Below are positions 28,257 through 38,779 of a stretch of 64,000 nt of DNA, in pieces. Source of the stretch: Candidatus Omnitrophota bacterium (GTDB lineage: Bacteria > Omnitrophota > Gorgyraeia > Duberdicusellales > 4484-171); NCBI GenBank assembly GCA_021735655.1, contig JAIPGM010000003.1:160001-224000 (forward strand). The letters are read 5' to 3'. The notes beneath the pieces are model-generated. The model had not been told where the DNA came from. It saw only the letters and a program-made list of their open reading frames with translations, and did no database searches. Positions within the stretch are counted from its first letter, which is position 1; each line of letters opens with the position of its first letter. A program made the position numbers and the translations under genes.

Positions 28257-28315
28257 ATAAGTATTCTACTAGAAGCATTAATAATCAATAATTAAACATT
28301 AAGGAGAAGGGGGTT

Positions 28316-30607
28316 ATGCAGGAAGAGTTAAATTTTTCATCGAATGCAATTGTTGTTTTACGTAAACGTTATCTTAAGAAAAACAATCAAGGTGCGGTGT
28401 CAGAAACTCCAAAAGAGTTACTAGAAAGAGTTTCTCAGGCAATCGCTAGCGTCGAGGCAAACTACGGTCAAGATGCAAAGAGAGTAAAGGAAGTTAGAGC
28501 CGAATTTTTAGAGATGATGACTAATTTAGAGTTTATGCCTAATTCCCCCACCTTAATGAATGCCGGAAAAGATTTGGGTCAGCTTTCGGCTTGTTTTGTA
28601 GTGCCGGTAGAGGATTCAATGGAATCTATTTTTGATGCTATAAAATCAACCGCTTTAATTCATAAAACTGGTGGTGGTACCGGTTTTAGCTTTTCGCGTT
28701 TACGCCCTACAAATAGTGTTGTTAAGTCTACCGGCGGAGTTGCTTCTGGCCCGGTTTCTTTTATGAAGGTTTTTGACGCAGCTACCCAAGCGGTCAAGCA
28801 GGGGGGTACTCGTCGGGGAGCAAATATGGGGATATTACGCGTAGACCATCCCGATATTTTAGAGTTTGTAAAATGTAAAGAGAAAGAGGGGCAAATTTCT
28901 AATTTTAATATTTCGATAGCCCTAACTGATGAGTTTATGGATAAAGTTCTTCAAAAACAAGATTACTCTCTTATTGATCCTTTCAATAAAGAGATTGTTG
29001 GGAAATTAGATGCTAGCGAAGTTTTTAATCTAATTGCAACCTATGCTCATAAAAATGGGGAACCAGGGATTGTTTTCATCGATAAGATTAACCGTGATAA
29101 TCCTACTCCTAATCTTGGACTCATTGAAAGCACCAATCCTTGTGGCGAACAACCACTCCTACCTTTTGAAAGTTGCAATCTTGGTTCGATTAATCTTGCC
29201 AAGATGTTGACGAAAACTGATCAAGGTTTTGAAGTTGATTGGAAAAGATTGGAAAAGATTACAAAATCGGCGGTACGTTTTTTAGATAATGTAATCGATG
29301 CCAATAAATTTCCGCTTGAACAGATTAAAGAAAATACTCGTAATACAAGAAAAATTGGCTTAGGAGTAATGGGTTGGGCAACTATGCTTGGTTTTATGGG
29401 TATTCCTTACGATAGTGATGATGCAATTCACTTGGCCAAAGATGTAATGCGTTTTATTCGCGAGGCAGCCAAGAAGCAATCATTACAGCTAGCCGCAGAA
29501 AGAGATGTTTTCCCAGCTTGGAAAGGAAGTTCTTGGCATAAGAAGGGGATAAAGATACGTAATGCAACTTTAACTACTATTGCTCCTACCGGGACAATAA
29601 GTATTATTGCTGGGCCGACTTCAGGCGGAGTTGAGCCTAACTTTTCTCTTTGTTATTTTCGTAATGTTCTAGACGGAGAGAAGCTTCTTGAAGTTGATCC
29701 GGCCTTTGAGTATACAGCTAAAAAGCAAGGCTTTTATTCAGATGATTTAATGCAGCGGATTGCTAAAGGTGAAGATGTCCAGAGCATGGAGGAAGTTCCT
29801 GAAGAAACAAAAAGAATTTTTAGAACCGCAATGAACATATCACCTTTTTGGCATCTAAAGACTCAGGCTGCCTTTCAAGAGTTCACCGACAATGCTGTTT
29901 CAAAGACAATAAATTTACCTAATAGCGCAGTTGTTGATGATGTTAAGGAATCGTATCTACTAGCTTATAAGCTAGGTTGTAAGGGGGTTACCGTTTATCG
30001 TGATGGTTCAAGAAGCGTGCAGGTTTTGACCTTAGATAAGGCTGATAAGAAAAAGGAAGATAAGGAAATCCAGGGCTACTCAATAGCCGTACCTTATCCT
30101 AAACCGAGACCGGAAGTTATTTTGGGGACTACTACCAAGGTTACCACTGGATGTGGTAACCTTTATATTACCGTTAATCAAGATGAGGAAGATAATCTTT
30201 TTGAAGTTTTTACTCAGATGGGTAAGGCGGGCGGTTGTGCAGCTTCCCAACTTGAGGCTGTTGGTCGGTTAGTTTCATTAGCTCTTCGTGGCGGAATAGA
30301 TATAAAAGTTATTGTTGAGCAGTTGAAAGGAATTAGATGTCCTTCACCTTCCTGGGATAAGGGAAAGAAGATTTTTTCCTGTGCTGACGCAATAGCCAGA
30401 GTTTTAGAAAAAAGAGGAACCGATCAAAAAGAGATAGTTAATGTTGTGACCCAACCGGCTAAAAGTGAAGAGGCAGATAAAGTTTTTGCTCCAGTTGCGA
30501 CTAGAGACTCTCATACTATCGTTGGAGTATGCGTTGAATGCGGTTACGCTCTGCGTCATCAAGAAGGCTGCCTTGTTTGTGATGCTTGTGGCTATTCTAA
30601 GTGCTGA
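28316..30607 (+). CDS. nrdJ: Adenosylcobalamin-dependent (class II) ribonucleotide reductase
   Basis: 763 aa. B12-RNR type N-terminus ([13 protein letters not shown]), active-site Cys and NPCGE region, and a C-terminal Cys cluster ([25 protein letters not shown]). Confidence 0.85.
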   Translation: MQEELNFSSNAIVVLRKRYLKKNNQGAVSETPKELLERVSQAIASVEANYGQDAKRVKEVRAEFLEMMTNLEFMPNSPTLMNAGKDLGQLSACFVVPVEDSMESIFDAIKSTALIHKTGGGTGFSFSRLRPTNSVVKSTGGVASGPVSFMKVFDAATQAVKQGGTRRGANMGILRVDHPDILEFVKCKEKEGQISNFNISIALTDEFMDKVLQKQDYSLIDPFNKEIVGKLDASEVFNLIATYAHKNGEPGIVFIDKINRDNPTPNLGLIESTNPCGEQPLLPFESCNLGSINLAKMLTKTDQGFEVDWKRLEKITKSAVRFLDNVIDANKFPLEQIKENTRNTRKIGLGVMGWATMLGFMGIPYDSDDAIHLAKDVMRFIREAAKKQSLQLAAERDVFPAWKGSSWHKKGIKIRNATLTTIAPTGTISIIAGPTSGGVEPNFSLCYFRNVLDGEKLLEVDPAFEYTAKKQGFYSDDLMQRIAKGEDVQSMEEVPEETKRIFRTAMNISPFWHLKTQAAFQEFTDNAVSKTINLPNSAVVDDVKESYLLAYKLGCKGVTVYRDGSRSVQVLTLDKADKKKEDKEIQGYSIAVPYPKPRPEVILGTTTKVTTGCGNLYITVNQDEEDNLFEVFTQMGKAGGCAASQLEAVGRLVSLALRGGIDIKVIVEQLKGIRCPSPSWDKGKKIFSCADAIARVLEKRGTDQKEIVNVVTQPAKSEEADKVFAPVATRDSHTIVGVCVECGYALRHQEGCLVCDACGYSKC

Positions 30608-30638
30608 CAACAGACAAATAGATTTTATTGATAAATTT

Positions 30639-30674
30639 GTGCCTGCTGGTAGGGGAAAAGCAGGCACTTTTTTT
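30639..30674 (+). terminator. Rho-independent terminator downstream of nrdJ
   Basis: Perfect 9-bp stem GTGCCTGCT / AGCAGGCAC with an 11-nt loop, followed by TTTTTTT. Confidence 0.75.
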
Positions 30675-30688
30675 AAGAAGGAGAAGAG

Positions 30689-31432
30689 ATGATTAAGCTA
30701 GTTTTATTGCGTCACGGTGAAAGCATTTGGAATTTAGAAAATCGTTTTACTGGCTGGACCGATGTTGGTTTATCCGACAAAGGAGCAAAAGAGGCCCATG
30801 AAGGAGCTAAGTGGTTAAAAAAAGAAGGTTTTACTTTTGACGTAGCGTATACTTCAGTTTTAAGAAGGGCAATTCAGACTCTTTGGATGGTTTTAGATGA
30901 TTTAGATTTAATGTGGATTCCGGTTCAACGCTCCTGGCGTCTTAATGAGCGTCATTATGGAGCTCTCCAGGGATTAAATAAGCTAGAGACGGTTAAGAAA
31001 TACGGTGAGGAACAAGTTTTGATTTGGCGAAGGAGTTATGACACCCAGCCGCCGGCCTTAACACCTGATGATGAGCGGTCTCCGGCTAAAGACCTACGTT
31101 ATCAGAATTTAAAGCCTGAAGAAGTACCTTTAACCGAGTGCTTAAAGGATACGGTGAATAGATTCTTGCCTTATTGGCATGAGACAATAGTTCCTACCTT
31201 AAAAGACGGTAAAAAGGTTATCATTGCTGCTCATGGAAACAGTCTTAGGGCTTTAGTTAAATATCTCGATAATGTTAGCGATCAGGAAATTGTAAGCTTG
31301 AATATACCAACCGGAATACCGTTGGTTTATGAGTTAGACGACAATTTGAAACCAATCAGACACTATTATTTGGGAGATCCAGAAGTAATTAAGAAAGCAA
31401 TTGATTCAGTTGCTAAGCAGACTAAGAAATAA
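30689..31432 (+). CDS. gpmA: 2,3-bisphosphoglycerate-dependent phosphoglycerate mutase
   Basis: 247 aa. [12 protein letters not shown] catalytic-His motif. Confidence 0.9.
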   Translation: MIKLVLLRHGESIWNLENRFTGWTDVGLSDKGAKEAHEGAKWLKKEGFTFDVAYTSVLRRAIQTLWMVLDDLDLMWIPVQRSWRLNERHYGALQGLNKLETVKKYGEEQVLIWRRSYDTQPPALTPDDERSPAKDLRYQNLKPEEVPLTECLKDTVNRFLPYWHETIVPTLKDGKKVIIAAHGNSLRALVKYLDNVSDQEIVSLNIPTGIPLVYELDDNLKPIRHYYLGDPEVIKKAIDSVAKQTKK

Positions 31433-31518
31433 CAGCAAACGAATAGTTAACTAGGGGGCAGATCCGAATTTTAAAAATAGGGTGTGCCCTTTTTTTATTT
31501 GTGATACAATTTTAATCT

Positions 31519-33330
31519 ATGAAGCAATATGATTGTATTGTAGTTGGCTCAGGTCACGCCGGAATTGAGGCTGCTTATTTAGCCTCTAGGCTTGATTGTG
31601 AGGTGTTATTTTTAACCCTCGATATCGATGCCATTGGCAAGTTATCTTGTAATCCGGCTGTCGGCGGAGTGGCTAAGGGGCATTTGGTGCGTGAGGTTGA
31701 TGCTTTGGGTGGTTTAATCGGGAGAATAACCGATCGAGCTGCCTTAGGTTATCGAATTCTAAACCGTAGTAAGGGTAAGGCTGTCTGGGCTCATCGGGCT
31801 CAGGTGGATATGTTAACCTACCCCAAAATAGCGAGAGACTTTATCGAAAAGAGTGGCAAGATTAGAATATTACAGGCTAAGGTCGATAAAATTTTGGTCA
31901 AGGGCAAAAAAGTGTACGGAGTTCAAACTAATTTCGGTGAACTATTGTTATCGAGAAAAGTAATTATTTGCGCTGGAACATTTTTAAAGAGTACAATTCA
32001 TATCGGCATGAAAAGTTTTCCTGGCGGAAGGCTGAATGAAGAGTCCAGTGATGGCTTATTTAATAGTATCAAAGGGCTAGGCTTTAAAACTAAGCATTTT
32101 AAAACTGGGACTTGCGCTCGACTTGATTCTCGGACGATTAATTTTTCTAAAATGATCGAACAGGTTCCTGATTCTGACGCTGTGCCATTTTCATTTACTA
32201 ATAAAAGGATATCCAAAGATGCCTTAAGTTGTTTTATCGCCCACACTAACAAAAAAACTCATAACATAATTAAAAGAAACTTAAAATATTCGCCGCTTTA
32301 TTCAGGAAAAATAAAATCTCAAGGCGTGCGTTATTGTCCATCACTTGAAGACAAGGTGGTTAAGTTTTCTGATCGAGACCGTCATCAGGTTTTTATTGAG
32401 CCTCAAAGTAGAAATTCTTATGAGGTTTACCCTAACGGAATCTCAACTTCCCTGCCCTATGAGGTTCAAATAAAGTTTATTCAAAGCATAGAAGGTCTAG
32501 GAAAGGCTGAAGTTTTACGTCCTGGCTATGGTATCGAGCATGGTTTAATTGATGCCCGAGAGCTTGAACTAACCTTAGAAGCGAAAAAGATCAGCGGGCT
32601 TTACTTTGCCGGTCAACTTAACGGAACTACTGGCTATGAAGAAGCAGCCGCTCAAGGTGCGATAGCTGGAATAAATGCTGCATTGTCAGTCAAGAAAAAG
32701 AAGCCGTTTATTTTAGCTAGAAATCAAGCTTATATCGGGGTTTTAATTGATGATTTAACCATCAAGGGTACTAATGAGCCTTATCGAATGTTTACCTCGC
32801 GTAGTGAGTTTCGTCTTTCTTTGCGTGAAATGAATGCTGATTTACGTCTTGGACCTTTAGCTTATAATTTAGGGCTATTAACTAGAGGTGAGTATAAGCT
32901 GATCAGCGATAAGAGGCGGTCGATTGAGGACTGTTTAAAAGAAGCAAAATCTAAAAAGATTTTTTTTCAAGGAAAGCGTCTTTCGCTTCTTGAGATTGTA
33001 AGACGTCCGAAGATAAGTTTTAGTAAGGTGAACAAGCATTTCGATAAATCAGTTGATAACTTAGCGGTTCAGCGCGAAATAGAGGTGGCGGCTAAGTATG
33101 AGAGTTTTCTAATTAGAGAGCTGGCTCAGGCTAAAGAGATAGAAAGGTTTGATCGGGTAAAGTTACCTAAGATGGATTATGCTAAGATTTCATCAATTTC
33201 TAGAGAAATAGTTGAAAAGTTAAAGAAGTTTAAGCCTAAAACCTTAGGTGAGGCTTTGAGAATAAGCGGAGTTACTCCGGCGGCGATTTTAACTATTTAT
33301 AATGAGGTAAAAAAGAAGCAGAAAGTATAG
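31519..33330 (+). CDS. mnmG: tRNA uridine-5-carboxymethylaminomethyl modification enzyme MnmG (GidA)
   Basis: 603 aa. FAD-binding N-terminus YDCIVVGSGHAGIEAA. Confidence 0.9.
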   Translation: MKQYDCIVVGSGHAGIEAAYLASRLDCEVLFLTLDIDAIGKLSCNPAVGGVAKGHLVREVDALGGLIGRITDRAALGYRILNRSKGKAVWAHRAQVDMLTYPKIARDFIEKSGKIRILQAKVDKILVKGKKVYGVQTNFGELLLSRKVIICAGTFLKSTIHIGMKSFPGGRLNEESSDGLFNSIKGLGFKTKHFKTGTCARLDSRTINFSKMIEQVPDSDAVPFSFTNKRISKDALSCFIAHTNKKTHNIIKRNLKYSPLYSGKIKSQGVRYCPSLEDKVVKFSDRDRHQVFIEPQSRNSYEVYPNGISTSLPYEVQIKFIQSIEGLGKAEVLRPGYGIEHGLIDARELELTLEAKKISGLYFAGQLNGTTGYEEAAAQGAIAGINAALSVKKKKPFILARNQAYIGVLIDDLTIKGTNEPYRMFTSRSEFRLSLREMNADLRLGPLAYNLGLLTRGEYKLISDKRRSIEDCLKEAKSKKIFFQGKRLSLLEIVRRPKISFSKVNKHFDKSVDNLAVQREIEVAAKYESFLIRELAQAKEIERFDRVKLPKMDYAKISSISREIVEKLKKFKPKTLGEALRISGVTPAAILTIYNEVKKKQKV

Positions 33331-33353
33331 TTCAGGTTGGTGCTATAAAAGTG

Positions 33354-34454
33354 CTAATTCAATTTTAAATATTTACCAATATACTCGGCAAATTTTTCGC
33401 TTGCTCCGTAAGGAGAGAGGGTTTCTTTTACTTTTTTTAGTTTTTCTTTTAATTGGTTGCATTTCTGATCGTTAGTTAAATAGCTAAAAGTAGCTTTAGC
33501 TATTTTGTTTGAGCTAGCTTCGTTTTGTAATAGTTCATCAACTATCTTTTCTTTTGATAGGATATTAACCATACCGATAAATTTAGTTTTCACTAATTTT
33601 TTTAAAATATGCCAGGTTAATGGATTAACCTTATAAATTATTAAATAAGGTACTTCAAGGATGGCTATCTCTACGGTTGCTGTACCTGAAGAGGCAATGA
33701 TAAATTTTGATTCAGCTAGTGCAAGGTATGAGTGATTAACTATGTCCATATCCGGTGAGAATTGTCGATAGAACTCTTGGCTTAAACTCTCAGGTTTTAT
33801 TATTTGGAATTGATACCCGGGGAGTTGTTTTTCGATAATTTTTTTAGCCTCACTCATAACTGGCAGATGTTTTTTTACTTCGTTTTTGCGTGAGCCAGGC
33901 ATAAATGAAATTATATTTTTTGTTTTTGAGTTTTCAGGTCTCTCAATAATTTCTAAAAGCGGGTGACCAAAGTAAAGAGCATCAATATTTTTAGTTTGAT
34001 AAAAATCTTTTTCAAACTTAAAGATTACTATTATTTGGTCGATAAACTTTTTAATTAAGTTTACCCTTTTTTCTCTCCAAGCCCAAACCTGAGGACTTAC
34101 GTAGTAAAAGACAGGGTATTTTTTATTAATTTTTTTAGCCAATCGAAGATTGAAGTCAGGAAAGTCAATCAATATTACTAAGTCTGGCTTTACTTTTTCT
34201 ATGTGCTCATAAGCTTGGTTAAAGATAGCAAAGATACCTTTCAGAGAAGAGATTACCTCAACCAGTCCGCTTACTGAATGCGCCAGAAGGTTAACTATTT
34301 GTTGAGAGTGTTCAGCAAGCGCCGGCCCACCGAAGGAATCGATTTCAAGGCTTGAGTACTTTTCTTTGAGTTTTTTAGCTAGGAGGCCTCCATAGAGGTC
34401 GCCTGAAGTGTCGCCGGCAATAATGACAATTTTTCTTGTTCCGTCGGGGTTCAT
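33354..34454 (-). CDS. lpxB: Lipid-A-disaccharide synthase
   Basis: 366 aa. N-terminus KIVIIAGDTSGDLYGGLLAKKLK is typical of LpxB. Confidence 0.85.
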   Translation of the reverse strand: MNPDGTRKIVIIAGDTSGDLYGGLLAKKLKEKYSSLEIDSFGGPALAEHSQQIVNLLAHSVSGLVEVISSLKGIFAIFNQAYEHIEKVKPDLVILIDFPDFNLRLAKKINKKYPVFYYVSPQVWAWREKRVNLIKKFIDQIIVIFKFEKDFYQTKNIDALYFGHPLLEIIERPENSKTKNIISFMPGSRKNEVKKHLPVMSEAKKIIEKQLPGYQFQIIKPESLSQEFYRQFSPDMDIVNHSYLALAESKFIIASSGTATVEIAILEVPYLIIYKVNPLTWHILKKLVKTKFIGMVNILSKEKIVDELLQNEASSNKIAKATFSYLTNDQKCNQLKEKLKKVKETLSPYGASEKFAEYIGKYLKLN

Positions 34455-34457
34455 TAT

Positions 34458-35393
34458 TTACTTTGCAATGTTCCTTTGGATTTTTAAGGCAAGGCCGAGG
34501 GCATCTTTTGCTTTTTCGGCATATTCAGTTTTATATTTTTTAGCTTTCACTAATTTTATGAATTCAGAAATTTCTTTTTTTAACGGCTCTTCCTTATTAA
34601 TCCCCAGCGATTTCTTTACTATTTTTTCACCTAACTTTTGATAGATTTCAACTTCTTGATTGGCATAGTCTAAAGATACATAAAGGTTTGACATAAAAAT
34701 TCTGATTTTTCTTTCTCGCTTGGCTGATATTCTTGAAGAAGTGATATTAGCCACACAGCCTTTTTTAAACTCAAGACGCACATTGGCGATATCATCGGAG
34801 GCCGAGAGAACCTTTACTCCTTTGGCTTGAACTTTTTTTACTTCATCTCTTACCAAATCAAGAATTATGTCTAAATCATGAATCATTAGATCTAAAACTA
34901 CACTGATGTCCAGTGAGCGGTTGGGGTAAGGGTTTAGGCGATGACATTCGATAAATAAGGGATTTTTAATAAATTCTTTCACGGCTAGATAGGCGCTGTT
35001 GTACCGCTCAACATGGCCAACAAAAAGAAGAGTGCGCATTTTTCTCGATAGATTAACTAGCTCTTCGGCTTCTTTTAAATTTTGAGTTAGCGGTTTTTCA
35101 ACTAAGACTGGAATCCGATGATTTAAGAAGAACTTGGCGATTTCAAAGTGGCTGGTAGTGGGGGTAGCAATACTTACTAAGTCTACCTTGTCTTTTAGTT
35201 CTTTATAGTCTTTAAATGAGGGGCAATTGTTGTTATTTTTAAGCGTAGTTTCATTGGTGTCAACAAGGTAGATATTCGCTATCCCTTTGATTTCCTTATA
35301 TATACGCAGGTGGATACTGCCTAGTTTGCCTATTCCGATGACTCCTACCTTTAACATAGGACCTATCTTATCAAATCGCTTGTGAAAAGTCAA
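34458..35393 (-). CDS. Gfo/Idh/MocA-family NAD(P)-dependent oxidoreductase (possibly a GnnA-like UDP-GlcNAc 3-dehydrogenase)
   Basis: Rossmann motif VGVIGIGKLGS and an EKP motif (VLVEKPL). The likely real start is the internal M (MLKVGVIG). It sits directly upstream of lpxB on the minus strand. Confidence 0.55.
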   Translation of the reverse strand: MTFHKRFDKIGPMLKVGVIGIGKLGSIHLRIYKEIKGIANIYLVDTNETTLKNNNNCPSFKDYKELKDKVDLVSIATPTTSHFEIAKFFLNHRIPVLVEKPLTQNLKEAEELVNLSRKMRTLLFVGHVERYNSAYLAVKEFIKNPLFIECHRLNPYPNRSLDISVVLDLMIHDLDIILDLVRDEVKKVQAKGVKVLSASDDIANVRLEFKKGCVANITSSRISAKRERKIRIFMSNLYVSLDYANQEVEIYQKLGEKIVKKSLGINKEEPLKKEISEFIKLVKAKKYKTEYAEKAKDALGLALKIQRNIAK

Positions 35394-35409
35394 TTGATGT
35401 GATACAATT

Positions 35410-37209
35410 TTGGCTATGAAAAATTACTTAAAACTACTAAAATTCTTAAGACCACAGCTGGGAATTTTTTGTATTGCTTTGCTGGCGACTGCAATTTCTG
35501 CGGCCTTAAACGGAATAACCATTCTTTCAATTTTACCCTTAGTTGATATTGTTTTTACCGGTAAACAGATAATAATTCCTACTACTTTGCCGCCATTTCT
35601 CTCAGGTTTAGTGGATAAGCTAAATGCTGTTGATCCGGCCGTCTTATTTAAGGTCTTGGTTATCTCTATTGTGCCTTATTTCTTTGTTAAAGGAATATTT
35701 TTCTGGCTTCAAGGTTATTTAATGAATGCGGTGGCCTATCGTACGGTAAGAGAGGTAAGGAATAAGCTTTTTCAGAAACTTCAGGAACTTTCTTTGGCTT
35801 TTTACTCACGTCAGAGAACCGGAGAGCTAATGAGTCGGATTACTAATGACGTTGGATGTATTAATAATGCGATTTCTTTTGCTTTCAGAGATTTAATTCA
35901 TGAATCGTTTCGTTTCCTTATTTATGTCGGGTTTGCTTTTGCTATTGGCGGAAAGGTAGCCTTAATAACGGTTATTTTTCTACCGTTAATTGTTATGCCA
36001 ATAGCTAGAATTGGCAGGCGGCTTAAAAAAATATCAACTCAGACTCAGGAAAAAGTGGCTGATATAAGTTCATTGCTTTCTGAGACTATTTCTGGAGTGA
36101 GAATAGTTAAGGCTTTTTCAATGGAAGATTATGAGCTAGGCAGATTTAAAGCGCAGAATCAGCGTTATTTTAGCTACTTGATGAAGGCAACTAAAAGAAT
36201 GCTTTTGTCTACTCCGATTTCTGAGATGGCTGGAGCAATAGCCACAACGGTTATTCTAGCTATTTGGGGAAGGGAGGTAGCTCGGGGTAATATTTCCTTT
36301 GGTGGCTTTAGCGTGGTCATGGGTTCACTTATGTCTTTAATGCAGCCGCTAAAGAAGTTAACCGGAGTTCACTTTACTACTCAGCAGGGTTTAGCTGCTA
36401 ATAAGCGTATTTACGAGATACTTGATACTGAAGTTTTAGTTAAGGATTCAGTTGGTGCCATCGATATACCGATTTTAAAAGATAAGATTGTTTTTAAGGA
36501 TGTTTGGTTTAAATATGAGGGTTCTTCAGAAGATGTTCTAAGTGGCACTAACCTTGAGGTTAAAAGAGGCGAGATGATAGCTGTGGTTGGCCCTTCGGGG
36601 GCCGGAAAAACCACCATGATAAATCTAATTCCTCGTTTTTATGATCCTTATAAGGGGAGTATTTTGTTTGACGGGAAAAATATAAAGGATGCAAGTTTAA
36701 AATCTGTGCGCAATCTTGTCGGTATGGTTACTCAAGAGATGATTCTTTTTAACGATACAATAAGAGCTAATATTGCTTACGGAAATCAGGATACTACTAA
36801 TCAACAGATTGAAGAGGCAGCTAAAAAAGCCTCAGCCCATGAGTTTATCATGAACTTGCCGGAAAAATATGATACAGTTATCGGCGATAGAGGATTTAGG
36901 CTTTCTGGTGGTGAGAAGCAGAGAGTGGCAATTGCCCGGGCTATTCTAAAAGATGCGCCGATATTAATCTTAGACGAAGCCACTAGCAATCTTGATTCAG
37001 CCTCAGAACAGTTGGTAAAAGATGCCCTTTACACCTTAATGCAAGGGAAGACTTCTTTTGTTATTGCTCATCGACTTTCTACAGTCCAAAAGGCCGATAA
37101 AATCGTAGTTTTAGACAAGGGAAATATTGTCGGAATAGGAACGCACGCCCACCTTATCGAGACCAATTCCCTTTATAAAAAGCTGCATGATTTGCAGTTT
37201 AATGCCTAA
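35410..37209 (+). CDS. msbA: ABC transporter permease/ATPase, MsbA-like lipid A exporter
   Basis: 599 aa. Six-TM domain plus NBD (Walker A GPSGAGKTT, signature LSGGEKQR, Walker B ILILDEAT). Divergent from the lpxB cluster. Confidence 0.7.
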   Translation: MAMKNYLKLLKFLRPQLGIFCIALLATAISAALNGITILSILPLVDIVFTGKQIIIPTTLPPFLSGLVDKLNAVDPAVLFKVLVISIVPYFFVKGIFFWLQGYLMNAVAYRTVREVRNKLFQKLQELSLAFYSRQRTGELMSRITNDVGCINNAISFAFRDLIHESFRFLIYVGFAFAIGGKVALITVIFLPLIVMPIARIGRRLKKISTQTQEKVADISSLLSETISGVRIVKAFSMEDYELGRFKAQNQRYFSYLMKATKRMLLSTPISEMAGAIATTVILAIWGREVARGNISFGGFSVVMGSLMSLMQPLKKLTGVHFTTQQGLAANKRIYEILDTEVLVKDSVGAIDIPILKDKIVFKDVWFKYEGSSEDVLSGTNLEVKRGEMIAVVGPSGAGKTTMINLIPRFYDPYKGSILFDGKNIKDASLKSVRNLVGMVTQEMILFNDTIRANIAYGNQDTTNQQIEEAAKKASAHEFIMNLPEKYDTVIGDRGFRLSGGEKQRVAIARAILKDAPILILDEATSNLDSASEQLVKDALYTLMQGKTSFVIAHRLSTVQKADKIVVLDKGNIVGIGTHAHLIETNSLYKKLHDLQFNA

Positions 37210-37231
37210 AGCTTTCGGGGCATAATATATA

Positions 37232-37259
37232 TTGAATATATTAAGAAGTATGATATACT
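37232..37259 (+). promoter_or_regulatory. Putative promoter of the rpsB-tsf-pyrH-frr operon
   Basis: TTGAAT (37232-37237), 16-nt spacer, TATACT (37254-37259). It leaves a ~115-nt leader containing a decoy AGAGGAGG before the real AAGGAGG SD. Confidence 0.35.
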
Positions 37260-37377
37260 TTGAGTCAAGATTGCCAACGGTCAAGAGGAGGAAATTGGCT
37301 GTCTGGTAAGGTAAAATACTGCCCAATGAGGCAAAAAAGCTCACAAATATTAAGTTCAAGTAAGGAGGAAGAAACTA

Positions 37378-38196
37378 ATGGCGTTACCCGATCTTATTAA
37401 AAACTTACTAGAAAGTGGCGTTCACTTCGGCCATTTGAGTAAGCATTGGAATCCCAAGATGAAGCGATTTATTTTCGGGAAGAAGAAGAATGTCTATATT
37501 ATTGACTTAGAGAAAACAGCTCTAAAGTTACAGGAAGCAAAAGATTTTGCAAAAGAGAAGGCGAAGCTGAGCGAGAAAATTCTGTTCGTAGGGACTAAGA
37601 AGCAACTACGTGGAGAAATGAGGCAGCTAGCGACTTCTTGTAGCATGCCTTATGTGGTAGAGCGTTGGGTTGGTGGTTTGCTTACCAATTTTTCCACAGT
37701 AAGGACTAGGGTGAATAAGTATTTAGAACTTATTGAGAAAAGAGACACTGGTAAGTTTGAGACAATGATGAAAAAGGAAGTGGTACGCTTAAACCGGGAT
37801 ATAGAGAGAATGGAAAAGGTTTATAGTGGGGTTACCACAATGGATGGGCTACCGGGTTGTGTTTTCATCATTGATCCTAAAAAAGAGATGGCTTGTGTGA
37901 GAGAGGCCCGTAAGCTTTCCATACCGATTATTGCCTTGATTGACACTGATGCTGATCCGGAAATGATCGATTATCCGATACCGGGTAATGACGATTCAAT
38001 AAAATCGGTAAAGTATATAGTTTCTTGTTTGGTTGATGCGGTTAATGAGGGACAAAAGGCAGCAACCGATTTAACCAAACAGGTAAAAACTGAGGAATCT
38101 AAAAAAAGCCCAGCCAAAGAAAATAAGGCTTCTAGCGAAGGGTCCCAAGAGGAAAAGTTAGAAGAAGATCAGAAAAAAACCGAAAAAAAAGCATAG
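37378..38196 (+). CDS. rpsB: 30S ribosomal protein S2
   Basis: Uniquely S2-like N-terminus (LLESGVHFGHLSKHWNPKM), plus an acidic C-terminal tail. Confidence 0.95.
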   Translation: MALPDLIKNLLESGVHFGHLSKHWNPKMKRFIFGKKKNVYIIDLEKTALKLQEAKDFAKEKAKLSEKILFVGTKKQLRGEMRQLATSCSMPYVVERWVGGLLTNFSTVRTRVNKYLELIEKRDTGKFETMMKKEVVRLNRDIERMEKVYSGVTTMDGLPGCVFIIDPKKEMACVREARKLSIPIIALIDTDADPEMIDYPIPGNDDSIKSVKYIVSCLVDAVNEGQKAATDLTKQVKTEESKKSPAKENKASSEGSQEEKLEEDQKKTEKKA

Positions 38197-38238
38197 AGAT
38201 CCAGTTCGCGGATATCTACAACTTCAAGGAGGACGAGG

Positions 38239-38763
38239 ATGAGCCTAACCGATATTAAAAAATTAAGAGATATGACCTCTCTAGGTATTAATGATTGCAA
38301 AAAAGCCTTATCGGAATCAAAGGGTGACTTTAGTAAGGCTTTAGAGATTTTAAGGAATAAAGGTGTGCAAACTTTAAAAAATAAGAGTTCACGAAGTGCA
38401 ACCCAAGGTCGCATAGAGTCATATGTTCATTTTGGAGGCAATCTTGGCGTATTGGTTGAGATAAATTGCGAAACTGATTTTGTTGCTCGAACCGATGTAT
38501 TTAAGGCTTTTGTCAAAGATATCGCAATGCAAATTGCTGCTGCTAGTCCGGAGTACATAAAAAAAGAAGATATTCCTAAAGAAATTTTGGAACCAATTGA
38601 AGATAAAGATGCATATTGTAAACAGCATTGCCTTATCGATCAGTCCTTTATAAAGAATAGCAAGCTTTCAGTTGCTCAATATCTTCACGAGGTAGTATCA
38701 AAAACTGGAGAGAATGTTGTAATCAAAAGGTTTATTCGTTTTTCTTTAGGAGAAGAAGCTTAG
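38239..38763 (+). CDS. tsf: Elongation factor Ts (short form)
   Basis: 174 aa. UBA-like N-terminus (IKKLRDMTSLGINDCKKAL) and a single core domain. Confidence 0.85.
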   Translation: MSLTDIKKLRDMTSLGINDCKKALSESKGDFSKALEILRNKGVQTLKNKSSRSATQGRIESYVHFGGNLGVLVEINCETDFVARTDVFKAFVKDIAMQIAAASPEYIKKEDIPKEILEPIEDKDAYCKQHCLIDQSFIKNSKLSVAQYLHEVVSKTGENVVIKRFIRFSLGEEA

Positions 38764-38779
38764 AGGTTTTTTAGGTTGA

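Noticed and set aside
28119-28315. Possible cobalamin riboswitch upstream of the B12-dependent RNR
   Set aside because: No B12-box-like or conserved riboswitch core is visible. The region looks like a plain AT-rich promoter with NrdR-like palindromes instead.
31433-31518. Terminator after gpmA (GGG-TGTG-CCC followed by TTTTTTT)
   Set aside because: The stem is only 3 bp. There may be a weak terminator, but it is not supportable as a confident feature.
38239-38763. Short (174-aa) EF-Ts as a possible truncation or pseudogene
   Set aside because: Single-core-domain EF-Ts forms of this length exist in several lineages. The ORF is intact with a good RBS, so it is not evidence of decay.
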